A DNA stretch of 64,000 bases from positions 10,106,001 to 10,170,000 of the forward strand of contig OX597838.1 in assembly GCA_951406725.2 (NCBI GenBank), given 5' to 3'. Under the pieces are notes generated by a model. That model saw only the letters and a list, made by a program, of their open reading frames with translations. It was not told the DNA's origin and ran no database searches. Both the position numbers and the translations under genes were made by a program. This stretch comes from Octopus vulgaris. Its lineage: Eukaryota. This document shows, in pieces, positions 12,198 to 25,551 of this stretch. Positions within the stretch are counted from its first letter, which is position 1. Every line of letters starts with the position of its first letter.

Positions 12198-12493
12198 CTA
12201 GCAGTATTGCTCAGGTTTGTAAGGGAAATAACTATATAAGCATTTTTAGAGAGTTACTTCCCTTATATAACCCGAGCAAAAATCATTAAAAATGCAGAAA
12301 ATGATGGTGAATTTTTTGTTAAATCGTAGACTCATCGTAGACGCGTGCTAATACCCAGAAGGGCTTGATATGAATGACGACTATAAGATACCCGCTTTTG
12401 GTTAAACTGCACGGCAAAATGCGGGAGTAGTTAGGAATCTATATCGGAGGAGACAGAGTCTCACACACACAACTTCAATTTTATATATAAAGA
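12198..12493 (-). mobile_element. Non-autonomous Helitron
   Basis: Minus strand starts TCTTTATATATAAAA and ends CTAG followed by T; homologous to 24604-24998 and 38761-39263. Confidence 0.8.
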
Positions 12494-13110
12494 GGAGAGA
12501 TAGTGATGCAGATAAACATGATTAAGCTTGATCTTATAATAATTTTGCTTGTTCCTTTGTTACTTAGCCCATTCATAACACTTCTACGTGATTAGCTGAA
12601 GGGAGAGGTGGTGGTGATTGAAACGTTTTTTTTTTTTTTTTTAACTAAGTTTTTTTTCCCCCTCTGTTACTTAGTCCATCTGAAACACTTTCACATGATT
12701 AGTTGAAGGGAAAATCAAAGAGCAAAAGAAAGTGTTGTGTATCAAGTCTATAAAATTGTGCATAAAGTATATAAAATCTATTAAGTAATCATTGTATTCC
12801 AATTTCCTTAACTTTTCAAAGATTAGCAAGGTGAGCGACTATCTTTTGATACAGACACAACACAGGCTACACTTTCAGGTTTTTTTGAATAACGTTTTCA
12901 GAAATAACCCAATAAGTTTACCATTAATTCTGTGAAATAGTCACAGGTCCCACTAGTATATATAAACATAGGTACTTATAGATACATACAACTAAATATA
13001 TTCAGAAGATAAGCGCACACACACAACAGAAGTAAATAGATCCTTTATAATCATTGAAATTCATTTAAATCTGAAATTATACGATCAAATTATTGTTATA
13101 ATGTGAAGAT

Positions 13111-14040
13111 TTAATATTTAGTAGACATGCCCTTTGCATTATTCGATGCAAGGACCCTATTAGGCATGTTACTGGTCAGATGACAAATATTCTCTTGAGG
13201 GATGTCATACCAGGTTTCATGAAGTAATCTCACAAGATCTGGCTTCGAAGATGCTTTCTTGTTCTTTTTAAAAAGTGTCCAGTCCATTATGTCCCAGAGG
13301 TGTTCAATAAGGTTCATATCTGGTGACTGGCTTGGCTAGGGAAGCTTTTTAATGCCATTCTCGTCCAACAAATCTTGGGTCATTTTAGCCATGTGACAAG
13401 GAGCCCCATCTTTCATAAATAAAAAGTCTTCTTTAATCATTTCACTACTGGAGAAGATTGGAAAGACTCCTTTCTGCAACATGGACACATATTTATCTGA
13501 GTTTATGTTTCCCTCACATTCCACCAGTTCTAATCAACCACTGTTCTAAATTGCTCCCCAGACCATCACAGAATAGCTGTTTCATTGTTGGCTGCAATCT
13601 TTTCACATCAAATTCTTTGATCACAGAGTCTCCAGACCCACACTTGACCATTGGACTCAGAAAATATGACAGCGTCCCAAAATGCTAGTGGCCTCTCCAC
13701 CATTTCACTGGCCCAATCTTTTCTCCGCTTGATCTTGGCTGGTCGAAGAAGTGGCTTCCTTCCTGCTGCTCTGCCATATTAACCAAGTTTGTGGAGATAC
13801 CTGACATCAACTTGTTCTGTGTCAGACGCCTTGCAACGAGATTATCCTCCACACTTGTCTAAGCAAAGAGAAGGGTCCTGTCAGAGAGCCCTGGTTGTAG
13901 TGATGTGGACTCCTTTCCCTCTCAGGTGACTTGCACAATCACTCTATTAACAGTAGAAAGCATTTTACGCTATGTCCACCTTCAGAATGACCCACAACAC
14001 GGCCTCTTTGAAATTCAGACAGTTTCAGGGCTTCTTTTGT
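13111..14040 (-). mobile_element. Decayed Tc1-like transposase (DD34E type)
   Basis: Fragments EGNINSDKYVSML, FMKDGAPCH, PSQSPDMNLIEHLWD, NMPNRVLASNNAKG; stops and frameshifts. Confidence 0.85.
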
Positions 14041-14062
14041 ATATGACATAATTAAACAGTTA

Positions 14063-14570
14063 CATCATCATCATCATTGTTCGACCGTTGGTTGAGACAA
14101 TGGAATTTACCATGTTACACCAGACTTCACGGTCCATCATAGCATTACAGAGGTCCTGTTGCTAGATGTCTGTATCCCTGGAGATTACATCAGGGTAGGA
14201 GAGTGTGCGCCCTCTGGTGTTGCGAGTAGATGGCTTCCAGAGGAGAAGAGTAGAAATTACCTCTTTTTCAGCTCTACAACAATGTCCAGCAAACTGGACT
14301 CTTCTACCTTTCACAAGAGATGATACAGGTGGTAGTTTCCCATATATTTGCATTTTGAGCTCTCATAAGGAGAGTGTAGGTTCCATTCAACCGCCTCTCA
14401 AGCTTCTTTGATAACGTCCAGGTTTCTGAGCCATATAGTAGAATTGGTTCGACTGTGGCTTTGAAGATTTCAAGTTTGAAGTCTCTACTTAGATTTGATG
14501 ACTAGATCTTATGCATGTCATTACAGGCTGACCAGGCCATACCCTTTCTAGTAAGAAAATCTTTTCCAGT
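14063..14570 (-). mobile_element. 5'-truncated RTE-clade LINE 3' end
   Basis: KGRRVQFAGHCCRAEKE..GRTLSYPDVISRD and (GAT)n tail; near-identical to 61050-61308. Confidence 0.8.
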
Positions 14571-14785
14571 TACATATAGAACCGCAAACATAAAAATGTC
14601 AATTAAATCCAAAATAGAAACCTCTACAAGTTAGAATAAACATAAAACGATGGTTTATGGGGTGTCTATTTACTTCTGTTGTAATGCAAAAACCAAGCAT
14701 CTTCTGTATTTTTATGCTCTAAGTAAATTTACACATCTATCTCACTATCTACATGATTATATGTGTACCGGTATATATGACTATA

Positions 14786-15711
14786 TTGGGTCATCTGATA
14801 AATAATGCGTCTATTTTTTAATATTTTATTCTTCAAAATTAAGATGAAGTTATTTTTTAAATCTAAAATATACTCTCCATTTTCTACAATGCTCTCCCAT
14901 CTATCTGGTAGACTTGCAAGGCCCTTCTTCCAAAATTCACTTGTCTGCGATGAAAAATACTCCTCCAGTGCTGTTCTCACCTCGTCTACAGAATTCATAT
15001 TTCTTCCATCCAAATGATTTTGAAGACTGCGCAATAAATGATAGTCAAATGGGGCAGTGTCCGGCAAATATGGTGGGTGGGGCATTGTTTCCCATTCAAA
15101 CTGCTCCAGAAAAGGTTCGTCTATGAGACAGGACATCAAAGAAGAGCACATATTCACTCTCTCTGTGTGATTAGACTCAGAAAGTTTGCAAGGAACCCAT
15201 TGCCCCAATTTTCTGGCTTTTCCAATGGCAAGCAGATGTTGATGAATGGTTGAATGACCAAAACCCAAGCTTCTCTGCTGGTTCCTCAACAGATATGATG
15301 GAATTTTGTTCCACCTGGCTTTGCAGTATGTCTTCATCAAGCTCTACAGATATTCCAGGACAAGGCTCGTCTTCTAGGCTGTAGTTTCTGGCTTGGAATT
15401 TCTGTTGACACTGGCTTACGCTTATTGTGCGATCCCCATATGCTGCATTCATATTCCTCGTAGTTTCTGTTGAATTGTTGCTTTTATTGAAATCATAAAG
15501 CAAAATATGCTCCTTTGTCACTTCCATTATAGCTTTGGAAAAGATAACTGTTAAAATCGAACTGCACTCTTCAAAACTGGCACTAAGAATAAGGACACGT
15601 TAAAATTACTACCTGCTTTTATATCAAGTTGATGCAGGTAGTTGATCCTGTCCCCCTCCGACTTTTAGGTCATGCAATTGAAAAAACTGCATTATTTATG
15701 GAATGACTCAA
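14786..15711 (-). mobile_element. Internally deleted mariner element
   Basis: TA flanks; TIRs TTGGGTCATCTGATAAATAATGC / GCATTATTTATGGAATGACTCAA; MEVTKEHILLYDF, GQWVPCKL, PHPPYLPDTAPFDYHL; middle of the catalytic domain missing. Confidence 0.88.
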
Positions 15712-15757
15712 TATGTTTTATATATATATATATACACACACACACGTGTGTATCTAT

Positions 15758-16072
15758 GAAGGCACATGGCTTAGTGGTTAGGGCATTCGGCTCACAATTG
15801 TGAGTTCAGTCCCTGGCAACGCATTGTGTTCTTGAGCAAGACACTTTATTTCACGTTGCTCAAGTCCACTCAGCTGTCAAAAATGAGTAGTGCCTGTATT
15901 TCAAAGGGCCAGCCTTGTCACACTCTGTGTCATGTTGAATCTCCCTGAGATCTATGTTAAGGGTACACGTGTCTGTGGAGTGCTCAGCCACTTGCACGTT
16001 AATTTCACCAGCAAGCTGTTCCATTGATCGTATCAGGTGGGACCCTCATCACCGTGACCGAAAGAGTGCTCC
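15758..16072 (+). mobile_element. tRNA-derived SINE, family D
   Basis: Head GGCACATGGCTTAGTGGTTAGGGC; tail shared with 52177-52566 (TTTCAAAGGGCC..GTTAAGGGTACACGTGTCTGTGGAGTGCTCAGCCAC). Confidence 0.8.
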
Positions 16073-16384
16073 TATCTGTATATATATATATATATAATTA
16101 TGTTTTATATATCAAGCCTAATCATGTTTATCTACCTCCTCGCTATCTCCATAGCTCACCTGGATTTTCCTTACAGCCCATGGAACTAGTCCTCTCTAAA
16201 GACCTCGGAGTTTAAGTTAAATCATTTGAGCACAACTGTGTTTTCTGTATTGAGCATTTCCAGCTCTCACTTATTGAGTCTATGTATATATATTGTGTGT
16301 GTGTGGGGGGGTGCATACTGGCTTGGAAAAATCTGCATAGAAATGAGCTAACAAATATATATTCTAGCATCAATTAAACAATTA

Positions 16385-16782
16385 CTCTTTTACTTGTTTC
16401 AGTCATTTGACTGCGGCCATGCTGGGGCACCGCCTTTAGTCGAGCAAATCGACCCCGGGACTTATTCTTTTTGTAAGCCCAGTACTTATTCTATCGGTCT
16501 CTTTTGCCGAACCACTAAGTGACGGGGACGTAAACAAACCAGCATCGGTTGTCAAGCAATGCTAGGGGGACAAACACAGACACACAAACATACACACACA
16601 TATATATATATATATATACATACATATATACGACGGGCTTCTTTCAGTTTCCGTCTACCAAATCCACTCACAAGGCATTAGTTGGCCCGGGGCTATAGCA
16701 GAAGACACTTGCCCAAGATGCCACGGTTCTGAACCCAGAACCATGTGGTTGGTTAGCAAGCTACTTACCACACAGCCACTCC
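16385..16782 (-). mobile_element. SINE family A
   Basis: Family A consensus on the minus strand; more degenerate A fragments follow in 16880-17695. Confidence 0.88.
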
Positions 16783-17696
16783 TAGCACTATGACCCAGCA
16801 ACGCCGGGTCATATGTACACATTCCTCAATGCTTCAACATTTGCCTCTGAATACATTTAAATAACACACACACATGATTAAGAAACTTCCTAACCATATC
16901 TGGTTCAAGCCCAGTGTGTGGCACATTGGCCAAGTGTCTTCCACTGTAGCCCCAGGTTATCTGAGTCTTTATGAGTGGATTTGGTAGACGAGAACTGGAA
17001 GAAGGCCAATGTGTATATGTGAAATATGTCTTTTATCTTGTTTTAATCATTGGACTGCAGCCATTTTGGGGCCACCTCCTTAAAGGGTTTGGTCAAACAA
17101 ATCAACCCCAGGACTTACATTTGTAAGTCTGAAACTCTATCAATCTCTTTTGCTGACCCACTAAGAAAATATAAACTAACATCGGTTGTCAAGCAGTGGT
17201 GGGGACCAAATGCAAAGACAGACATTCACATGCAATGGGGCTTCTTTCGGTTTCCATCTACGAAATCCACTTGCAAAGCTTTTTGTCTGTTGAGCTGTAG
17301 TAGAGAACACTTGACCGAGGTGTCATGCAGTAGTGTTGTGAAACAAACTTCTCATCACATAATATATATATGAGCTGTGCAGTGGGATTGAACCCGAGAC
17401 CAGAGGAATGGAAAGCAAGCTTCTTTAAACCTCAGCCATGTCTGCACCTATTATTTATGCAGAACAAAGGTGTAAAACTGTATTCTTTTGCTTTAGTCAA
17501 AGAAATCGACCCCAGGACTTATTCTTTGTAAGCTTGGTACTTATTCTATCGGTTACTTTTGCTGAATCACTAAGTTAGAGGGTCGTAAACACACCAACAT
17601 TGGTTATCAAGTGATGCTGGAAGGGGTGGACAAGCAAAGGCACACACAGATATATACATACATATATGACGGGCTTCTTCCAGTTTCCATCTACCT

Positions 17697-17960
17697 GTAT
17701 TTCATCACATGACCGACCAAGCTGTCAGATGTTGCACATCACTGGCCTCAATGTGTTTTGCATGGTTTCAGCCTTCAAATGATGCCAACCCACTGGCTTC
17801 ACAAGCAGGCCAACATTCCCCCCTAATCAAAAGGGGGACTGGAGCAATATGAGATGAAGTGTTTTGCTCAAGAACATGCCGTGCCATCCAATCAGGGAAT
17901 TGAACCCGTGATCTAGTGATCATGAGTGCAACAGCCTAACCACTAGGCCATGTGCCTTCA
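17697..17960 (-). mobile_element. tRNA-derived SINE with a family D-like head
   Basis: Minus strand GAAGGCACATGGCCTAGTGGTTAGG...GGGTTCAATTCCC..TTCTTGAGCAAAACACTT. Confidence 0.7.
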
Positions 17961-18224
17961 CATGAAATTCATAATGACCACTAAATTTATTTCTGAAGTC
18001 ATCTGTAGTTAGCCTCTACAACTTAGTTGAGCTGAAGAGCAAAAGGCCCTGGTTCCATTCTGGGTTTTGGCATGTTTGGGTTCCGTTTTGACCTTATAAT
18101 CAATATTCTTATATTGGGAGTGGGATGATAGAAGCAGGTTTCCTTTTTCTCAATTACAAATATATTGGCAAGTAATCATCACTACAACAAGATATATATA
18201 GATATATCACACATTCATTACATC

Positions 18225-18256
<32 letters not shown>

Positions 18257-18259
18257 CAA

Positions 18260-18567
18260 AGGTAGGTAATAATCTTGAACACCAACTGCCTCTGACGACT
18301 TGTGTCATATGTCACAAAACTTGTAAGATAATATCTGGACTTAGAAGACATGTGCTAGTCCACAAAAACATTCCTTCAGAATCTGATTCCAAAGGACAAA
18401 GATACAGAAGATACTAGAATAATATCTGTCCCTTGTGTTTGAAACCCTGTCAGTCAGCAGCTGGTCTTAAAAGTCATCTAAGGGCTCATTACCAGAGGGA
18501 TTGTGCTGTGTGATGGGGTGTGTGTTGATGGGACAGCCATCATTTGTCAAGAGGAAGCAGTCATCAC
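18260..18567 (+). mobile_element. Probable RTE-like LINE 3' end with two C2H2 fingers, interrupted by an in-frame stop
   Basis: CVICHKTCKIISGLRRHVLVH, TAG at 18415-18417, then in frame CPLCLKPCQSAAGLKSHLRAH; short 3' tail ending GCAGTCATCA. Confidence 0.55.
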
Positions 18568-20124
18568 AGGTGTAAACAAGGTGCGTTCAAAAAGTACCCG
18601 ACTGTTTTTTCTTGCCAAAACTAATGGGCACGGGCAAAATTCCTTTGGGTGGGGAGCGATGAATGTAAAAACAATAAAATAAATGGGTTTATTTGTGAAA
18701 TACAGTTGTGATTTGAATTTGCTACAGAAAGTGGTCTGTGTTTGTGGTGGGAAGTGGGGTCTCAAGGAATGTTGCCAAGCGACAGCATCCTGAAAACATT
18801 TGGGGACCACTGATCTGGGGCAATGACTTGTGGTGCATTATACAATTGTTTCCGTAAGCAGGCGATATTTTTATTCCATTTCTCATACAATGTTATGAAA
18901 ATCATCGTGTTATATAATACATGCCATACTTCAGAATACATGGAAATATGTAATAATAAACCTATGGTCCATTCGCTTCCTCAGATGTCATGATTTGAAG
19001 GTAGGGCCCTACGAATTTCAGTGTGTCACGATATGTACATCAGGTGGACCCCAAAAAGCTTTCACTTGATATCTCCTCTAAGTTTTGAGACAATCTTAAT
19101 ACAAGGGTATAGGGGTAGATCAAAATAAAGTCCAGTTAAATTTATCTTACATCAAAGCATTAACAGTAAAACTACAGCCTGCCGTTTAATGATTTTTATG
19201 GCAATGACAGGGGACTAGCAAAGGAAGTTTACTCTACGAATTCACTGGCGCCTTTACCCTACAATCCCATCTCAATGATGCCCCCAATCGACAAACAAAA
19301 ATACACTCGAAAATGAATTAGCATCCGCATTCTCTCCCATAATTACGATGCTAAAATAACCGCACACATACTATATATATTATACATATAGACACACGCA
19401 TATGGATATATATATATAAACACATACAAGTTCATGCACACACACACACATTCCTCTACCCACATAAGTCGCACAAAAATTGCAATGCCAAGATGTATAT
19501 ATGTATGTATGTATGTATGATACATACATATGAACACTTGTTCACACACGTATATGTGTATATATATATATATATGTGTGTGTGTATGTATATATACAAA
19601 CGTATATATACATAATTAAAGACCCACACATATGCTGTACTCATCAAATGCAAAATAAGTTTATAAATACCAGGATTCACACACAAACCTAGGCTTCTTT
19701 GTATGTATACACACATACATGCCTGCATACATATACACAACTATATACACACACACACCCTCGTACATGCACAGTTACACATAAATACATGACTAATACG
19801 AAACCGTTTTATTTCTACTTAGAAATATCTAGTTTCAATGTCATCATAATTGCCCACACGTTTAAAAATACACACCCAAATATTCACTCATATGTACATA
19901 CATAGACACACAGCCATATATATATATACATACATATATTGCCCTATATATACCCACGCATACACATAAGCACATAAATTTATATCATGTTCGCTAAACA
20001 TAAAAGATATGTTGATATACGCAAGAATTCTCATATATATATATATATATATAGTTAATCCAAACATGAAAACACGAGGACGTGGAAAAGTATAGTATTA
20101 TTGGACGCTCAGGAAAGAAGGAGG

Positions 20125-20159
20125 GTTTAACATTTCGAGCGGAGCTCTTCGTCAGAAAC
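20125..20159 (-). ncRNA. Minimal hammerhead variant with an extra base after A9 (Penelope-type)
   Basis: Minus strand GTTT-CTGACGA-A-GAGC-TCC-GCTC-GAAATGTT-AAAC; stem III is one transition away from palindromic ACGT. Confidence 0.6.
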
Positions 20160-20323
20160 ATAGGAAAAGGAAAGATCCAAAGAACGGAAGACGGAGGAAA
20201 AAACAAAATCGCCAACAGTACACACGCGGTATATAGTGATAGAAATGGTAAGACAACAAAAGAATGAAAGAGACCTCGATATTATGTAAATAGAGGAATT
20301 TATCTGTAAATGTAATATGTGAC

Positions 20324-20406
20324 AATTATTTGGTAGCCATGATAAAACTCCGAGTTTCCACCCCGTCATCCGAATCTCGGAGTTTTATCATGGCTACTGA
20401 ATAATT
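20324..20406. repeat. Short foldback (about 31-bp arms) with a degenerate hammerhead-like centre
   Basis: GTAGCCATGATAAAACTCCGAG ... CTCGGAGTTTTATCATGGCTAC; minus strand centre CGGATGA-CGGGGTG-GAAAC-TCGGA-GTT. Confidence 0.75.
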
Positions 20407-20421
20407 ATCACATATTACATT

Positions 20422-20572
20422 TATATATATATATACACACACACACACATATATATATATATACACACACACACACATATATATATATACACACACACAC
20501 ACACATATATATATACACACACACACACATATATATACACACACACACACACATATATATACACACACACAC

Positions 20573-20603
<31 letters not shown>

Positions 20604-20612
20604 TATATATAT

Positions 20613-20643
<31 letters not shown>

Positions 20644-20965
20644 CACACACACACATATATATATACACACACACACATATATATATATACACACACACAT
20701 ATATATATACACACACATATATATATACACACACATATATATATACACACACATATATATATACACACACACATATATATACACACACACATATATACAC
20801 ACACACACATATATATACATACACATATATACATACATACACATATATACATACATATATATACACACATATATATACATACACATACATACATACATAC
20901 ATATATATATACATACATATATACACATACATATATATATACATACATATATATACACACATACA

Positions 20966-20997
<32 letters not shown>

Positions 20998-20999
20998 CA

Positions 21000-21033
<34 letters not shown>

Positions 21034-21433
21034 CATACATACATACATATACATACATATACATACATACATATACATACATATACATACATACATATAT
21101 ATACATACATACATATATATATACATACATATATATATATACATACATATATATATATATATACATACATACATATATATATACATACATACATATATAT
21201 ACATACATACATATATATATATACATACATATATATATATACATACATATACATACATACATACATATACATACATACATATACATACATACATATATAT
21301 ATATACATACATATATATATACACATACATATATATATACATACATATATATATACATACATACATATATACATACATACATATATACATACATACATAT
21401 ATACATACATACATACATACATACATACATACA

Positions 21434-21469
<36 letters not shown>

Positions 21470-21523
21470 TATACATACATACATACATATATACATACAT
21501 ACATACATATATACATACATACA

Positions 21524-21585
<62 letters not shown>

Positions 21586-21646
21586 CATATATACATACAT
21601 ACATACATATATACATACATACATATATACATACATACATATATAT

Positions 21647-21689
<43 letters not shown>

Positions 21690-21717
21690 CATACATACAT
21701 ATATTTATATACACACA
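20422..21717. repeat. About 1.3-kb compound microsatellite (TA)n/(CA)n/(TACA)n
   Basis: Seen directly; explains the stop-free 420-460 aa pseudo-ORFs. Confidence 0.97.
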
Positions 21718-22625
21718 CCATATATACTCGAGTAAAAGTCGACACCCTATTTTAGGCCAAAAATTTGGGAATTTTCCATGGACCCCCGTATAAAAGTCGA
21801 CCCTAGTATTTCACGAATAACTGGGACACAGTACCGTATTATCCTGTACATAGGAAATAACATTGTTACAAAACTGCGTGGGGCTACCTTACTGTAGCCT
21901 GCTCTAGAAGGAGAATACTTGATGCTTATAATGGAATGCTCTGTGCTTAATAGTAAAACACCATTTAATAGAGAGCACTAACACAGCTGTTGATGGGTGC
22001 CACATCACCATTACTAAAACGTATGCACAGGATATATTGCTAGCCTACTTACATCTTCAAGCACAATAAAGATATGCGTCATACGCTCGTTGTTTACACT
22101 GTGAGAAACGTGTTTCGCAGACAGCACAATTGGTGAACACTGGCAAACGTCACTGTCTGAATTCGTACAAAGACATGTTTTTATGAAGCCTAAAAATATT
22201 CAATTAATTGTTTGATCAGTGGTTCCCATGTGACCTTTCTATTTTCCTCATCTCCAAATACAATAAACGCATACGTCCTACGCTCGTCTTTTTACAAGGT
22301 GAGAAACGTGTTTCATTGACAACCTGCAACTTCTTTTTAAAAGAGAAAGTCTAACTATTCATAAGAGCTATGCAGTCTTGTTTATGGCTTTTGTTATTTA
22401 CTAGGACCTCTGTTTTGGTGCATAGAATTGGTAATATTCCTGTAGTTTATTGTGTTATTTTTTTGTTCGCTTAGAAATCAGTTGGGTTTCTGCTGCTGAT
22501 ACGGTAATTCGGGTTCTAACTTGAATTTCAGCTCTTCAAAAGTAGTATCCATGTAATAGTCGACCCCATGAATTTGCCCTTCAAAAATGATCTAAAAAAT
22601 TCGACTTTTACACAAGTATATACGG
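21718..22625. mobile_element. Non-autonomous pogo/Tc2-like DNA element
   Basis: TIRs CCATATATACTCGAGTAAAAGTCGA / TCGACTTTTACACAAGTATATACGG; subterminal AAGTCGACCC repeats. Confidence 0.75.
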
Positions 22626-22643
22626 TGTGTGTCTATATATACA

Positions 22644-23051
22644 GGCGCAGTAGTGGCTGTGTGGTAAGTAGCTTGTTTACCAACCACATGGTTCCGGGTT
22701 CAGTCCCACTGTGTGGCACCTTGGGCAAGTGTCTTCTACTATAGCCTCGGGCCGACCAAAGCCTTGTGAGTGGATTTGGTAGACGGAAACTGAAAGAAGC
22801 CCGTCGTATATATGTATATATATATATATATATATGCGTGTGTGTGTCTCTGTTTGTCCCCCTAGCATTGCTTGACACCATATGCTGGTGTGTTTATGTC
22901 CCCGTTACTTAGCGGTTCGGCAAAAGAGACCGAAAGAATAAGTACTGGGCTTACAAAAGAATAAGTCCCAGGGTCGAGTTGCTCGATTAAAAAGGCGGTG
23001 CTCCAGCATGGCCGCAGTCAAATGACTGAAACAAGTAAAAGAGAAAAGAGT
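22644..23051 (+). mobile_element. SINE family A, full length
   Basis: Complete head, core and tail. Confidence 0.9.
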
Positions 23052-23089
23052 ATATATATACATGCACGCACATAGATCGACACAAATAT

Positions 23090-23634
23090 ATATGGTTCCG
23101 GGTTCAGTCCCACCGTAAGGTTCATTGGCGTCCCCAAAGTCCATCCCCTCCTCACCGTGGTGGGGACGCTGGTAACGGGTAGTGTCAGAGCTATGCCGTC
23201 GGGAACTTCAGTTCCTGGTAGGGCCACCCAAGGCGGATTGGTCTGACACCGAGTGGTATTAGGGCCACAACCCAGCAGACGGGGCTCTGGTGAAAATCCT
23301 CAGAGTGTCTGTTTCGGCAACCGGCGGCTCCTCGGTCATTCTTTCTCTGTGTCTGTGGACAATCTGCGGCAAACAGGATGTCTCTACCTGCGGGATTGTT
23401 GGGGACCGCTTGTGAAATTCATATTCCCACGAAACTTCTTCCACTGCCATGGTTTGAGATGCCTCGAGGGTGGTAGAAGAAGCCGACTCAACCCACCCAG
23501 GGTGAATGTCGCCACAAGTGCAAGTAAGTAAGGCTCATTGGTCAAGCGTCTTCCCCTATAGCCTCAGACCAAAGACTTGAGTGGATTTGGATTTGGTAGA
23601 CGGAAACTGAAAGAAGCCAGTCATATATATATAT

Positions 23635-23706
<72 letters not shown>

Positions 23707-23915
23707 TTATGTGTGTCTATGTTTTTCGCTTGACAACCGATGTTGGGGTGTTTATGTCCCCGTAACTTAGCGGTTTGGCGAAAGAGACCGATAGAATAAG
23801 TACTAGGCTTACAAAGAATAGGTCCTGGTGTCGATTTCTTCGACTAAAATCTTTTAAGGCAGTGCTCCAGCATGACCGCAGTCAAATGACTGAAACAAGC
23901 AGAAGAATAAAAGAA
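23090..23915 (+). mobile_element. SINE family A split by a GC-rich insert of about 420 bp (about 23114-23538)
   Basis: Head piece TGGTTCCGGGTTCAGTCCCAC ends at 23113; the SINE resumes near 23540 (CAAGCGTCTTC..TATAGCCTC) and runs to the tail. Confidence 0.7.
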
Positions 23916-24135
23916 TGCACATCTTTTATCTGCCTCTCCATCTCTCCGTCCATTCATCAAACTCTCTCTTTCTCCATTGACCTTTCGACCAAGCCAACAA
24001 AATATCTCTCTATTTACCTAATCTATCTAGACCAAGCGTTGTTATTAGTCTCATATTATTATAATAAAGATAAAACACTATTACTAATCGTGAGTCATAG
24101 TTATTCGTTTCATCCCAGCTATAAAAATATATTAA

Positions 24136-24357
24136 CCCTTTCGTTACCAACCCAGCTGAAACCGGCTCTGGCTCTTTAGTACAAATGTCTGGTTTTCAAA
24201 AGTTCTGAATTAAAACCTTCCGCCAAACCTTAGTCACAATTTATGTCCCTAAATCTAGCTGAATGATAACTAAGTTTATTTTACTTAATTCTTTGTTATA
24301 TTTAAAATAATTGGGAGAAACACTGAACATCTCAAAATAAATTCAGTAACGAAAGGG
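24136..24357. mobile_element. piggyBac-type MITE, family P1
   Basis: TTAA flanks; CCCTTTCGTTAC / GTAACGAAAGGG TIRs. Confidence 0.85.
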
Positions 24358-24603
24358 TTAATATAGAATATACATATAAATATAGCCCGAAAATCTTAAA
24401 AGTAAAAAGTGATATTTTAAATTCTAAAGAGAAGATACTTTAAAGTCAAGTCACATAGTGTTAAAAAATAAATGTAATACAGAACACAGGATAAGGTAAA
24501 AGTGAATGTAAAGAATATCATATGATACCATAAAGAACGATAGAATTTTTAAAAGTGATTGACATGCATACATTACCGATTATAAGATGCAAATTATAGA
24601 ATA

Positions 24604-24998
24604 CTAGCAGTATCGCCCGGCGTTGCTCAGGTTTGTAAGGGAAATAACTATATAAGCATTTTTGGAGATGTAAAGTATAATAGCCATCTCAATATGGCTA
24701 ACCACAAAGGGGGGTGTTACTGTAGCTTTTTACGTTCTGAGATTTAATAATACATTTTTAGAGAGTTACTTCCCTTATATAATAGCAAAAAAATGCATTA
24801 AAAATGGGAAAAAATTATGGTAATTTTTTTTTTAAATCGTAGACTCATTGTAGACGCGCACTAATACCCAGAAGGGCTTGATATGAATCACGACTATAAG
24901 ATACCCGGTTTTGGTTACACTGCACCGCAAAATGTGGGAGTAGTTAGGAATCTAAATCGTAGGAGACAGACACACAACTTCACTTTTATATATAAAGA
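24604..24998 (-). mobile_element. Non-autonomous Helitron
   Basis: Minus strand A|TC ... GCAACGCCGGGCGATACTGCTAG|T; inserted at an AT dinucleotide with no TSD. Confidence 0.85.
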
Positions 24999-25551
24999 TA
25001 ACTATAAAGATACATTTTAAAATCTAGAAGTAAAATTATAAATGGAAGATACATAAAACAAATAATATAAGAATATAACGCATAAAATACAAAAGAAAGT
25101 AAAAGTGAGGGAAAAGAATATCGTATAAAATATAGGATACTTTTGATAAGGACAAAAGTAAGACAAGAAATTTCAAATTCAAGGAAAGTCTAAAAATTTT
25201 TGTAAGAGCTATGCGGTTTTGTTTATAGGTTTTGTTATTTACTAGGACGAGTGTTTTGATGCATAGAATTGATAATATTACTGTAATTCATTGAGTTTTT
25301 TGTTTTTATTCGCTTAGAGATCAGTTGGGTTTCTGCTGCTATTGTTAAGGAGAAAAGTAGGACAATTAAGAAATTTCAAATTCAAGTAAAGTCAGTGGAT
25401 TGTCTGGAATGTAGTCTGGGTCAAAAGTGTTGCATAAGTTCTTTTTCCATGAGATGAAGCGTACGTAGCATGGGGAAAAATATTGTTGAAAGGATAGAAT
25501 AAAAGATATAATGTAAAGGTTTTTTTTTTTTAAATATACAATCTAAAGAGA

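Noticed and set aside
20326-21745. Three long minus-strand ORFs (423-462 aa)
   Set aside because: Translations of a stop-free compound microsatellite; low-complexity Y/I/C/V/M only
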